Source: a virus (lineage: Duplodnaviria; Caudoviricetes). From it: a DNA stretch of 40,163 nt. Position numbers and translations under genes: made by a program. Positions 1 to 9,032 of the stretch are shown here, one piece after another; within the stretch, counting starts at the first letter, position 1; each line of letters starts with the position of its first letter. The DNA lies in the IMG/VR virus record IMGVR_UViG_3300029179_000011, positions 1 through 40,163 of that record; one strand, given 5' to 3'. Under the pieces are notes generated by a model. That model was not told the DNA's origin. It saw only the letters and a program-made list of their open reading frames with translations, and made no database searches.

Positions 1-119
1 TTGGTTAGACCGAAATCCCAAGGATCTGTCCATACAGACCATGATGGATAAATACTACCAATATTAGACCAAGTCCTATTGGTGGAACGTCTTAGAGTTC
101 CATAGGTAGTGAAGCTCTC
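1..119. repeat. Terminal direct repeat, left copy (circular assembly overlap)
   Basis: Bases 1-119 are identical to 40025-40143; the reading frame of the split tail gene is continuous across the join. Confidence 0.97.
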
Positions 120-1901
120 TTCAAAGGTGGCCCAGTTATTCTCTCTGTAATTATAGAGAAGAGTGCGAGAATTGAATTTTACGTTTGTGCGATTTGAAGG
201 GCAGAAGGTGAAGTAGACAAATTCTTTTTGGTAGTCTCGAACTGCCGTAATTCTAAAGGATTTATTTTGGGCTTGAGCGATATCAAAGACTTCATCGGGG
301 ATCTGGAGGTCAATCCTTTGAACGCTGGTAGAGGTAGTCATCGTGATTCCATAAGTACCAATCGAGAGCATTCCGGTATCTAATTTGATACCCGCAAAGG
401 TGCTGATCGATCCCAGTTCGGCGCTAACTGTCTGGAAGACAAAGGGTAGTGTGTCATTAGAAGTAAAAATGAGCTTGAGAGGTTGAGTCTCAAATAGGGA
501 GATCACAATATCCTCATTTTCACCCCACGTAACGATCTGATCGTCAATAGGAGCACCAATGAACCCCCCTCTTCCAGCTACGTTTTGGTACCAGGCTTCT
601 ACTTGAGGCTGCTGACCAGCCAAATCCACAGGAAGCGGATTGGTATAGAAGGGAGTCCCAACTTGGGAATAGACCACTCGGTTAGGGTATTGCTGCGCTC
701 CTGGAGAGACTTGAGAAGTTCTTAAATAGACGTTTCCAAAGAGGAGTCTATTTTTAAAGGGAAGGATTAGCTTCGCTCCCACTAAGTACATGGGATTAGG
801 ATTAGTGACGGGATCATAAGCACTGAGTGGAGGAGCGAAATTCACCCATCCTGGATTATTAGGCGGTGGCACAGAGGTCGGATCTCCATCATACCAGCGG
901 ATTCCATCCTCAGTAGGTGTAATGCCCGATGAGGTAAGGGATTGGAAAATCCCCGTATTATTGATGGCCATGGCACTCGAATCTAAAGGAATGCTGAAGG
1001 TGGTAGGGGTTAATACGGTGATTTGGAAAGAGCGTCCATTTAGATTAGCTATCCCATCAGCACTCGAATTCTCATTGAACCATACCCAGTCGTTAGTGAC
1101 TAGATTATGGGGAACGGCAGTCGTTATGACTGTCGGATTGGCATTCGTGACAGTTAAAATATTTTGAAAATGAAAACCAGGATTTCCATTGGTAGCCCAC
1201 ATGCATCCCGTGGCTGTATTTGTATTGAGGATGGTAGTCAGACCTAAGTAGTTGACAGTCCAGAACTGCTGATAATCTTGGCCATTCCAGACAAAAGGCG
1301 TGCCTGTATTTTTATAGAAGGTCACATCATAGAATTGATTGAGTCCCTGATCGAATCCATAGCTATATTTTTGATCGAAGGCAATCAGGATTGGCTGCGG
1401 GCTGTTGCCCACATTGAAGTCTTCCAAACCAAGAACGGGCAATGCGGGATAGTAGCTGAATGTAATTGTAACGGCTACTCCAGCACCTGCGGTATGTATA
1501 AGTGTCACGCTGCCAGTGGTATAATTTATCGTTCCACTGTTCCCTGGTGTAACTGAAGTGAGCGTCCCATCCCCTTGATCGGTAAAAACAATAGGCCCAG
1601 CGATAGTGATTACCACTGTTCCAGGCACGATTTGTGCATCAGGCTCTCCTGTAATGGGAGGGACGAGTGTAGAATAGATATTAAACGTCCAAGGAGAAGC
1701 ACCAGTTAATCCTAGAGAGCGGTTTGTCAGATCTCTGCGTAACCGAGCTAAAAACTGATCGCCTCTCTTGCGATAGGCTTTTCCTCTGAAAAGATAGAAA
1801 TTACTGAGTACAGGGAAAGCGTCATTATTGATATTGAACGCAGTAAGATCTTTTTCAAGACCTGTCTTAAAATTAGATATTACTAGCCTTTGTAATGACA
1901 T
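1..1901 (-). CDS. Tail nozzle / packaged-DNA stabilisation protein (P22 gp10 / T7 gp12-like), N-terminal part; continues across the origin into 40024-39301, about 874 aa in total
   Basis: ATG at 1901 (MSLQRLVISNFKTGLEKDLTAFNINNDAFPVLSNFYLFRG...). Absent from the ORF track, consistent with the frame running off base 1 without a stop. In frame with 39301..39981 after circularisation; lies between the adaptor and ejection genes. Confidence 0.75.
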   Translation of the reverse strand, partial: MSLQRLVISNFKTGLEKDLTAFNINNDAFPVLSNFYLFRGKAYRKRGDQFLARLRRDLTNRSLGLTGASPWTFNIYSTLVPPITGEPDAQIVPGTVVITIAGPIVFTDQGDGTLTSVTPGNSGTINYTTGSVTLIHTAGAGVAVTITFSYYPALPVLGLEDFNVGNSPQPILIAFDQKYSYGFDQGLNQFYDVTFYKNTGTPFVWNGQDYQQFWTVNYLGLTTILNTNTATGCMWATNGNPGFHFQNILTVTNANPTVITTAVPHNLVTNDWVWFNENSSADGIANLNGRSFQITVLTPTTFSIPLDSSAMAINNTGIFQSLTSSGITPTEDGIRWYDGDPTSVPPPNNPGWVNFAPPLSAYDPVTNPNPMYLVGAKLILPFKNRLLFGNVYLRTSQVSPGAQQYPNRVVYSQVGTPFYTNPLPVDLAGQQPQVEAWYQNVAGRGGFIGAPIDDQIVTWGENEDIVISLFETQPLKLIFTSNDTLPFVFQTVSAELGSISTFAGIKLDTGMLSIGTYGITMTTSTSVQRIDLQIPDEVFDIAQAQNKSFRITAVRDYQKEFVYFTFCPSNRTNVKFNSRTLLYNYRENNWATFEESFTTYGTLRRSTNRTWSNIGSIYPSWSVWTDPWDFGLT

Positions 1902-1904
1902 CTA

Positions 1905-2537
1905 TCACCCATAGTTCAATAACACTGCAAATCCGATCCACGTAGTGCTTCCATCTGTAAATCCTGCTCCGTCTTGCCGAATCATCTGGATCACCACGTT
2001 GTTGACCGCTTTAGATTGAACTGAAACGATCGGCTGCGCTCCAAATCCAGAGAAGGTATAGAGAGCCACATAGTCGGTATTTGGAAGAGATTGGTTAAAG
2101 TTAAACCGATATTGCCCTAATCCTAATCGTGTGACTGGAGTCACAGGGTCTAGATTGAGCGATCCAGGAGCTATAACTGGCACGACACCTACAGATGACT
2201 GACCAAAAGCCCAAATGGGAACCATAGGAAAGTTTAGAGTCGTATTATCCCTTCTCCAGAAAGGTCGAGTAACTGAAGCGGTGGTAAGACCAAACTGAAC
2301 ACCTTCATTCAGCCCAGGCGTGGGGATTATATCTCCAGGAGGGTTAGCGGTAGGTAAACCAGGGAGAGTCACCTTTGCGTGCTTCCTTCCCTCTACTGGA
2401 GTGGTATTCGTCCAAGGATAGTGATCACCAGTCGTTCCATATCCCGTATTGAGAGTCTGGAAGTTCTGAAGGATCTGATCCTGAGAATCCGAAGGGTCAT
2501 CTCCAGGTTGGGGAATATTAGGGGTATAGCTCGTCAT
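1905..2537 (-). CDS. Putative tail-associated structural protein (short fibre-like)
   Basis: 210 aa; N-terminal YTPNIPQPGDDPSDSQDQILQNF anchor-like segment and beta-rich C-terminus; within the structural operon. Confidence 0.55.
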   Translation of the reverse strand: MTSYTPNIPQPGDDPSDSQDQILQNFQTLNTGYGTTGDHYPWTNTTPVEGRKHAKVTLPGLPTANPPGDIIPTPGLNEGVQFGLTTASVTRPFWRRDNTTLNFPMVPIWAFGQSSVGVVPVIAPGSLNLDPVTPVTRLGLGQYRFNFNQSLPNTDYVALYTFSGFGAQPIVSVQSKAVNNVVIQMIRQDGAGFTDGSTTWIGFAVLLNYG

Positions 2538-2836
2538 TTTTTACCTTCTCTTTCTTCATGTCTTTTTCGAAGCCTGGGATACTTTCTATAGACAGCACTT
2601 TTGATCCCTGCCGGATCTGGAGCGTTCCGAGCGTATGAAAGAGCTGCTTTGGCTCTTTTTTCAGTGTTAATCGGATAGGATCCTTTGGGTGCTCCTCCTG
2701 ATGGGCCGGCGAAGTCTTTTTTAGATACGGTTTTATACTTACCAACATTGGAGCCTCCTGCTCGTTCTTTCATCTCTTTTTCTTTGCCTTTTGAGACCGA
2801 CATTCCTGAGCCGATCTTTACATCCTTTTTCTTCAT
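2534..2836 (-). CDS. Small basic hypothetical phage protein
   Basis: 100 aa, Lys/Arg-rich, FAGP...SYPINT.KRAKAALSYA motif; GGAGAGG upstream; 4-nt overlap with the next gene. Confidence 0.7.
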   Translation of the reverse strand: MKKKDVKIGSGMSVSKGKEKEMKERAGGSNVGKYKTVSKKDFAGPSGGAPKGSYPINTEKRAKAALSYARNAPDPAGIKSAVYRKYPRLRKRHEEREGKK

Positions 2837-2845
2837 CTTCCTCTC

Positions 2846-3994
2846 CTAATATTGAGTATAAAGGTAACTATTAGCAGAGGTTTGACCGCTAAAGATGGTG
2901 GGCGTTCTTACGACTGCGTTTTGTCTACTTGTCTTTCTAAGTACTAAGTTCTCTTGCTCTCTAAATCTTCCTTCATAGCGATCGTATTGATCCCAATCCC
3001 CGTTATCAGAGAGGATCTTACGTGCGGCTCCGAGTGAGATGTATTCAGCCATGTAGGCAAATGGGAATGCCGCCGTGGAGCTGAAGAAAACCTGAGGTGT
3101 CACGTAGGCATCTACCTGGATCTTGTAGGCGCGATCGGGGACTGGATAGACCTTAAAGATCTGATTGAAGTAAAGAGCGATCCTAGGCCTTCCTGATGAG
3201 AATGGAGAGGTTTGTAGTTCGATAGGCACTTGATCAGGGACAGGCTGAGCAAACCAACTGAAGATCACTTCCCCTGTGTCATAGTTAACCGTTCCGGCTC
3301 CTCCTCCATTAGGGGGAGTTCCTGTGAGCTGATTACCTATGATATTTTGGAATGTCTCATCGGTCTCAATAAGGATGCCGAGTCCATTAGGATCAATGAA
3401 GCTACTATCAACTATGTAGTGTTGCACTCCTCCTAGATCTACATAAGTAATGTAAACATAAGGTTTTAAATTTCCTAAGTCGTCAATGAAAGCGCGAAGA
3501 ATAGGGCTTCTTCCACTATTCATCGTATAAGGGCCAAGAGTTCCATCTCCTAGAAGAGGGATTTCATTGAGTACCAACTCAGGGAAAACGTTATAGAATT
3601 GTTCGGTCGATTGAAACCATCCCATCTCTACGCCATCGCAATAGATAGGGGGCCGGAATTCATGGTAAAGAGGTACTGGAGTCTGCTGAACCGTGGCAGG
3701 AGGAACAGGGTTATCATTGAAAGGGGGAGGGTTAGGATTGGGAGGGAAAACCCATGACTGACGAGGAGAGAAAGGCGCCCGATATTCAAAGATATTTGCT
3801 TGAGTCTCAAAGGTATATTGCCTTTTCATCTCAATCAATTGGACTCTTTCGGCGACGTCATAGACCCAGAAACGATTGATATAATCTCCGATGGTCTCAT
3901 TACTGATCACCTGGGGAGAGGGGCTTTTAATAAGCCTCCTCACCCAGGTAATCATATCCGCAAAGATCCCACCTGCTACGGGATTTAGGCTCAT
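2846..3994 (-). CDS. Head-tail adaptor (tail tubular protein A-like)
   Basis: 382 aa; helical N-terminus and C-terminal GRP.IALYFNQ.FKVYPVPDRAY...EYISLGAARKI pattern typical of podoviral adaptors; position after the capsid genes. Confidence 0.6.
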   Translation of the reverse strand: MSLNPVAGGIFADMITWVRRLIKSPSPQVISNETIGDYINRFWVYDVAERVQLIEMKRQYTFETQANIFEYRAPFSPRQSWVFPPNPNPPPFNDNPVPPATVQQTPVPLYHEFRPPIYCDGVEMGWFQSTEQFYNVFPELVLNEIPLLGDGTLGPYTMNSGRSPILRAFIDDLGNLKPYVYITYVDLGGVQHYIVDSSFIDPNGLGILIETDETFQNIIGNQLTGTPPNGGGAGTVNYDTGEVIFSWFAQPVPDQVPIELQTSPFSSGRPRIALYFNQIFKVYPVPDRAYKIQVDAYVTPQVFFSSTAAFPFAYMAEYISLGAARKILSDNGDWDQYDRYEGRFREQENLVLRKTSRQNAVVRTPTIFSGQTSANSYLYTQY

Positions 3995-4527
3995 GCGAAA
4001 GCTCCTAATGGTCTAAATTTACCTCGATATTTGATACCGGTAGCTCTGAACTGATGAGTGAAATCATCTGAGCGCCAGTGATCCTGTGGTGTCTCCAGAT
4101 AGCTAAATGTGTGGTATTTCTGCACTTCTTCAAGGTGCTTAGCTACCATGCGGGGTACATAGACAGGTACATTAGGTGGGATTTCCCAAAGGTAATCTGC
4201 ATCTCCTGGGTAAAGACAGAGAGAAAATGTAATAGCCTCGCCATTGACGACGTAGTTTTCATAGACTCCCTTAACATATTCCCATGCTCTGGAATGCTCT
4301 TTTTTGAGCTTCTCAGGTAATGTACCTAGAGGAGGAGAGAGCCTTCTCTTAGGTTTGATGTACTGACAGCCTTCGCGTTTTGCTACGCTCTCTAGAGATT
4401 CCTCTTGAATCTCTGGCTCGTCAGTCACAGCAGTGCGATTGATTTCGTCAACTGTAAGCTTATTCAAATCTTCTTGAAGAGCCACAGCACTGTGTGCTAG
4501 TTTTTCTGTTTCCTTCTTCATATTCAT
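3991..4527 (-). CDS. Hypothetical phage protein (structural operon)
   Basis: 178-aa ORF with 4-nt overlaps on both sides. Confidence 0.7.
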   Translation of the reverse strand: MNMKKETEKLAHSAVALQEDLNKLTVDEINRTAVTDEPEIQEESLESVAKREGCQYIKPKRRLSPPLGTLPEKLKKEHSRAWEYVKGVYENYVVNGEAITFSLCLYPGDADYLWEIPPNVPVYVPRMVAKHLEEVQKYHTFSYLETPQDHWRSDDFTHQFRATGIKYRGKFRPLGAFA

Positions 4528-4940
4528 CCTGGTGGTTGGTTTAAAAAAGCTCCTGGTACGGTCAAAGGCAAAACGGGTATCCCTCCTGGTGAGAGATTTC
4601 CAAAGTTCACATCGCCTGTGCCCGCTACTTGCGCTGGATCGATCACGACGAATGGGGGAGGAGTTGGCGTTGTAAAGGGATCAAAGTTAGAAGTATCGAT
4701 ATCCACTTCGATTTGGTCGTCTGAGGGGATAGCGAGTACGGTTCCTTTGAGGCCATTCAACTGTCTCATGCCCCATTCAGGGGGAACGAAAAAGCGGACA
4801 GTATTACCGACTTCAAATCCATGAGGTTCGGTAGTAGTGACCACCACTATCTCTGCTTGAGTGACTGCTTCTAAGTCACAGATAAAGGGATAGTAAGTTC
4901 CACTGTTAAAGAGACCTAAGTTGTAACGATTCAGCGCCAT
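4524..4940 (-). CDS. Virion protein with one E1-FCCH-like beta domain
   Basis: VTTTEPHGFEVGNTVRF...GMRQLNG...IEVDIDTSNFDPF module, shared with neighbouring structural proteins. Confidence 0.65.
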   Translation of the reverse strand: MALNRYNLGLFNSGTYYPFICDLEAVTQAEIVVVTTTEPHGFEVGNTVRFFVPPEWGMRQLNGLKGTVLAIPSDDQIEVDIDTSNFDPFTTPTPPPFVVIDPAQVAGTGDVNFGNLSPGGIPVLPLTVPGAFLNQPPG

Positions 4941-4952
4941 AGGTTAAATTAA

Positions 4953-4977
4953 GGGTGGGGATATTGAGTCCCCACCC
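4953..4977 (-). terminator. Hairpin, probable intrinsic terminator after the capsid and decoration genes
   Basis: GGGTGGGGA-7nt-TCCCCACCC perfect 9-bp stem, followed by TTAATTT on the minus strand. Confidence 0.6.
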
Positions 4978-4984
4978 ATTGGGT

Positions 4985-6016
4985 TTAAATAATTAGATCC
5001 GGATAAACCGCTCTCCAACGAATGACATCATTCGTTTGCTGGAGTAGCTGAGTTCCGTTTCCAAGTCCTACGAGAACGCCCTGACGGGTATTAGCGTAGA
5101 ACGCCCCAGCAATCGTAATTGGAGGTGTAATCGGAGGTACGCCAGGATTGACGAGTCCGTAGTTGTAATCTCCAATCGCATAGACAGCAGGGAAGGTCAT
5201 TCCGAGTGCAGCCTGTGCACTTGTTGGGTATGCAAAGGCAGTAAAGCCTGTGCTGTTCACATTCACTGTGATCGAGCTTGCTGTCACGGCTGTGACATAA
5301 GCCTGTTGAGGCACGACATTTGCGGTGTTATAGACCTCAGTATCCAATTGGCGAGTACCCCAAGCAGTCGAAGTGACGAATGGGATTTGGATATAAACCT
5401 CTTGACCGACCACAAATCTGTGGTTAAGGCCGAGGTTAATGAGAGTAGTAGCACCGGTTGTGATGCCTGTGATGACACAGCGATAGGGGACATACAGATC
5501 GGGATAGAGCAGTTGTTTGCAGAAACCTGCGGTTGCTGCGGCTGCAAATCCAGAAGAGTTGACGTTGATCGAGAACGTAGTCGTACTCAGTACTGTGACT
5601 GTGTAGACTTCGCCGGCAATCTGGAGCATTCCAGTAGTGCCATAGATCAAGACGGCATCCCCTGTAGACAGACCGTGGGGAGCAGATGTGGTTACAACGG
5701 CTGCGGCTGCCTGTGTGATACCAGTGATGGTAAAAGTAGGCCCATATTGGTATGTACCAGCCGAAATGAAGGAGAGACCTCCACTTGCTAGGTTGGTAGT
5801 AGTCAGTACCGGTGTGGCATTGAAGTACTCAACGCTCGCGGTTCCTGCAGTCGAACTTCTCCAACTGATCGCGTGAGTGATCTCGTTCTGAGTAGGTGTG
5901 CCCATCGCTGTGATGTTCCACATCTCAAAACTGTTTGGGAGAAACGGTAGTTCTACGAATTTGGGTACACCTGTGGAGGTGAACACCCCTTCTGCGATTT
6001 TACTGTATTCAGTCAT
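4985..6016 (-). CDS. Putative capsid decoration protein with two E1-FCCH-like domains
   Basis: 343 aa directly after the MCP, strong AAGGAGG RBS, two ITGIT...H.(L/F)..G..V.I...(G)M.Q(I/L)...INVNS.GF.A repeats. Confidence 0.6.
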   Translation of the reverse strand: MTEYSKIAEGVFTSTGVPKFVELPFLPNSFEMWNITAMGTPTQNEITHAISWRSSTAGTASVEYFNATPVLTTTNLASGGLSFISAGTYQYGPTFTITGITQAAAAVVTTSAPHGLSTGDAVLIYGTTGMLQIAGEVYTVTVLSTTTFSINVNSSGFAAAATAGFCKQLLYPDLYVPYRCVITGITTGATTLINLGLNHRFVVGQEVYIQIPFVTSTAWGTRQLDTEVYNTANVVPQQAYVTAVTASSITVNVNSTGFTAFAYPTSAQAALGMTFPAVYAIGDYNYGLVNPGVPPITPPITIAGAFYANTRQGVLVGLGNGTQLLQQTNDVIRWRAVYPDLII

Positions 6017-6026
6017 AGCTTCCTCC

Positions 6027-6977
6027 TTATGCCGCTAAAGTACATCTAACGTTTCGGAGCCATGTCTCTTGCAAGATCGCCTGAGTCTGAGCGAATTTAA
6101 CGCCCAGAGTACCGTTCAGGGCGAGAGGCCCAGAAAAGATCGGCGGTCTGTAAAGCAGTTGGCTTGAATACCCGTCCTGGTCTATGTGTGCGTAGGATTC
6201 CCTAGCGATCATCATGTTGTTAAACACGTCGTTTCCATTCATGGAAGCTGCGCGTTGAACTGCTGATTCTGAGCTAGTTAAGATCCTAGCATTCAGTAAG
6301 GCTCCATATTCGCTGTAAATCACGTCATTTTGGTTCGGGTAGTTCCAAGAGGCAGTGAATTGCTGAATAGCGTCGAAAGTCGGCTGTAACTCTGTTGAAC
6401 AGAGTAAAAAGTAAGCCGCTCTTACTGGTGCTGTACCAAAACGGTCTTCCCCTTGCTTACCGGTTAGGAATTTGAATGCGTTTGCTGTATCCAAAGATGC
6501 AGCTACTGCACTTATATCCCTTACAGTTAGCTCAGTAGGATTGTCTCCGTTAGTGCCCCCACGGCAGTTATAGACCGAAGCAGCAGAGAGCAAGAAGTCT
6601 CTAAGGATGATATCCTCAGCTTGTCTCATTGCGACGCCCAAGCGCTCAGTTACCCATGAGAGGACTGGATCCTGGTCTTGGATAACGACCTGCTCGTTAA
6701 GGATGACAGATGTGCCATAGAAGGCCATCGCGGCATCGATAATCTCGCGGGTTGCCACTTGGGAAGGGGGTTCGATACCTGTGTTCCCTAATTGAACAAC
6801 AGGAGGTTGCAGGGGGACTGGGCGCAAGAAGCGCATAGTAGTACCACCCTGTCTTGGCATGCTGTATTTTTCCGCCGGAATTATATAGTTAAAATTCGGG
6901 GTCGGAACAGACAGCATCCCTGGTGCTAGCGACTGTAAAATAGGCGCTGGCAAGTTGCTTGTGGTTGTGATACTCAT
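6027..6977 (-). CDS. Major capsid protein, N4-gp56 family
   Basis: 316 aa; MP..GGTT.RF.R..PL, YG..V.L.EQV, D.ILRD.L and P..SGPLA..GT.G.KF motifs recognised as N4-gp56-like; follows the scaffold gene. Confidence 0.85.
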   Translation of the reverse strand: MSITTTSNLPAPILQSLAPGMLSVPTPNFNYIIPAEKYSMPRQGGTTMRFLRPVPLQPPVVQLGNTGIEPPSQVATREIIDAAMAFYGTSVILNEQVVIQDQDPVLSWVTERLGVAMRQAEDIILRDFLLSAASVYNCRGGTNGDNPTELTVRDISAVAASLDTANAFKFLTGKQGEDRFGTAPVRAAYFLLCSTELQPTFDAIQQFTASWNYPNQNDVIYSEYGALLNARILTSSESAVQRAASMNGNDVFNNMMIARESYAHIDQDGYSSQLLYRPPIFSGPLALNGTLGVKFAQTQAILQETWLRNVRCTLAA

Positions 6978-7036
6978 TTTTCCTCTGTTCGTTTAGTAAG
7001 CGAACTAACCGAACGGTCGGAGGAAGCATGCGAGTT

Positions 7037-7816
7037 TTAGCCGCGCATTTGACCGTTACCAATGGGCTTGCGCTGTGCCTCTTTCAATCTAGCGTAAGCA
7101 GCTGCCTTAGATGCGGGGGTCTTTACGTCGAATTCCACTGCTGGAGGAGGTGATCCTTGACCAGAAGGGGTGTAATAAGGATTCATCAGGTTTTCCTGAA
7201 TGTGCTCCTTCACCGACGTACTTTCCACAGGTTTAGCTTGCGGAGGTTGTATGTACTTCTTCACTGATTTGAAAAAGTGATACGCATTCTCGCACCGCAC
7301 ATAAGGGTCTTCGATAGCTGAAATTCGAGCTACAGCCTCAGGTTCCCTTTCCTGGATGGCTGTGATAATTTCTGGGTTCATGACCTGGTCATAATCCGCA
7401 TACTCTTTTCGCAGTTCATCACGGAAGTTAGTTCTACGTTTATTGCGCTCAATTTCATCCAGCTTCTGAGTTAGCGTTTTTTCAAATCTTTTCTCGATTT
7501 GAGCTTCACGCTTGGCCAAGATATTCCGTAATTTGTCTCGGTCTAGGTCGCTAAAGTCTTCGATCTCTTCCAAAGGATCTTTTTCCTGAGGTTGAAGCAT
7601 CGTCTTGATGCCTTCGATCTCTTTCATTAGTAGCTCGTTCTGCATTTCTGCTTTGATACGAGCATCCCTTTCCTTGTCACGGGCTTCTCTTTCTCTATCC
7701 CTGGCGGCTTCCAGACGCCTAAAGTTTAGTTCCTTATCACTCAGTTGCTCTTGAATTTGAGCACCCTTCTCTTCAGGCTTGGCGACAACTGCCTGTTCTT
7801 TAACGCCTTCGTTCAT
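7037..7816 (-). CDS. Capsid scaffolding protein (putative)
   Basis: 259 aa, charged coiled coil, immediately upstream of the MCP. Confidence 0.65.
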   Translation of the reverse strand: MNEGVKEQAVVAKPEEKGAQIQEQLSDKELNFRRLEAARDREREARDKERDARIKAEMQNELLMKEIEGIKTMLQPQEKDPLEEIEDFSDLDRDKLRNILAKREAQIEKRFEKTLTQKLDEIERNKRRTNFRDELRKEYADYDQVMNPEIITAIQEREPEAVARISAIEDPYVRCENAYHFFKSVKKYIQPPQAKPVESTSVKEHIQENLMNPYYTPSGQGSPPPAVEFDVKTPASKAAAYARLKEAQRKPIGNGQMRG

Positions 7817-7940
7817 GGATTTCTCCTGTTGCTGTGGGGAACTTCAGCTACCCCTTTTAAAAAAATTACTTGTCATTCAGTAGACGATCATCCCTACAAA
7901 ATGTTAAGTTAAAATTATAATTAACACATTTTGGTTTATC

Positions 7941-8435
7941 ATGCAAAATTTTTACTTGTCAAAGAACGAAGCACTCGATACGACGTACCACTGGAAAGAG
8001 AATTCCGAGGCCGATTGGGTCAATAACCTTCACGATCTGATTCAAAAAAAACCCTTCGGTGACCACAAGTTTTACGTCTTTATGTTTGTCAAAAGGATAG
8101 ATGACATCTCTGGTGTCAAAAAAATGTATATGCAGCCACGACTGACCAAGCCCGAACCTCTCCCAGGAACGACTCTTTTACAGGTAGATCCTAGAAATCC
8201 AGGGGAATGCAAGATGATCTGGACACTTCCTAATGAGAATAATTTTCAAATGTACGGACAGGGTAAGATGTTCTCTGACCCCTTCGTCCACGAATGCATA
8301 GAAAAATATATGCATAACCCTCGAGCACTCATGCAGAGAGAAGAGGGAGAGCTATCCGAGAACGAAATCAGGGAAATTTATAAAGCCAAAGCGAAAGGAC
8401 GTAAAAAAGATGTTGCCCATTCTCAAGGCAGATAA
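7941..8435 (+). CDS. Hypothetical phage protein
   Basis: 164-aa ORF, first gene of a plus-strand three-gene islet inside the head module. Confidence 0.7.
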   Translation: MQNFYLSKNEALDTTYHWKENSEADWVNNLHDLIQKKPFGDHKFYVFMFVKRIDDISGVKKMYMQPRLTKPEPLPGTTLLQVDPRNPGECKMIWTLPNENNFQMYGQGKMFSDPFVHECIEKYMHNPRALMQREEGELSENEIREIYKAKAKGRKKDVAHSQGR

Positions 8436-8763
8436 AAAAGACTTTGCCTATGTCGATGGGAAGACGACGCCTCCTCGATGTAATCGATGCAAATATTTCG
8501 TAAAAGGAGGGATGTGTCTCCTAGTTAAAGGCCAGATTGATGGTGTGAATGGCACTTGTATTCTCTGGGTTAAAGGTCAACCGCGCCAATACCCTTTTAA
8601 ATCCCCTCCATTAACAAAACAAGAGACAGCCTATACTGAGTACCCTCGAGGTACCAGATGTGGCGTATGCATGTTCTATGAAGATCCTAGGGCATGCCAA
8701 TTAGTGCATGGGGATATCGATCCCGATACTGGATGTTGTAACGCATGGAAAAAAGGTAAATAA
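8410..8763 (+). CDS. Tandem double high-potential iron-sulfur protein (HiPIP)-like protein
   Basis: Two repeats of K...AY-x8/9-CxxCxx(F/Y)-x5-CxLVxGxI-x4-GxCxxW, matching small Iro-type HiPIP cysteine spacing; no signal peptide. Confidence 0.75.
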   Translation: MLPILKADKKDFAYVDGKTTPPRCNRCKYFVKGGMCLLVKGQIDGVNGTCILWVKGQPRQYPFKSPPLTKQETAYTEYPRGTRCGVCMFYEDPRACQLVHGDIDPDTGCCNAWKKGK

Positions 8764-8764
8764 G

Positions 8765-8989
8765 ATGCAATGGATTCAAGTTTTTACGATTATCGTGTCT
8801 ACTTTTGGGATTACATCGGGATTCTTCTTATGGGCACGCCGAGAGACGAACACCGATATTAAGGAAATTCGGGGAATGATAATGGGATTGGGATCGAAAT
8901 TAGATAAAGCTAATGACGAAATGAAACGGGAGTCTAGGGAATATCATGGGAGACTCTGTTTGATAGAGGAAAGAATGAAAAAATGCTGA
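8765..8989 (+). CDS. Small protein with N-terminal TM helix and coiled coil (paralogue of 35361..35576)
   Basis: ATG at 8765; MQWIQVFTIIV...FFLW.R.E...E.REYHGRLCLIEER. Confidence 0.7.
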   Translation: MQWIQVFTIIVSTFGITSGFFLWARRETNTDIKEIRGMIMGLGSKLDKANDEMKRESREYHGRLCLIEERMKKC

Positions 8990-9015
8990 ATTAAAGTGAG
9001 GGACTCTAATTCAGC
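8977..9015 (-). terminator. Hairpin between convergent genes; terminator for the portal operon
   Basis: GCTGAATTA (8985-8993) pairs with TAATTCAGC (9007-9015); T-run follows on the minus strand. Confidence 0.55.
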
Positions 9016-9032
9016 GGGGGAAAGAAATGCAA

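Noticed and set aside
1-119. 119-bp repeat as a biological terminal repeat
   Set aside because: It falls in the middle of a gene and is followed by a primer tag, so an assembly overlap of a circular or permuted genome is more likely
922-1556. Plus-strand ORFs 922..1167 and 1278..1556
   Set aside because: Antisense shadows of the long minus-strand tail gene
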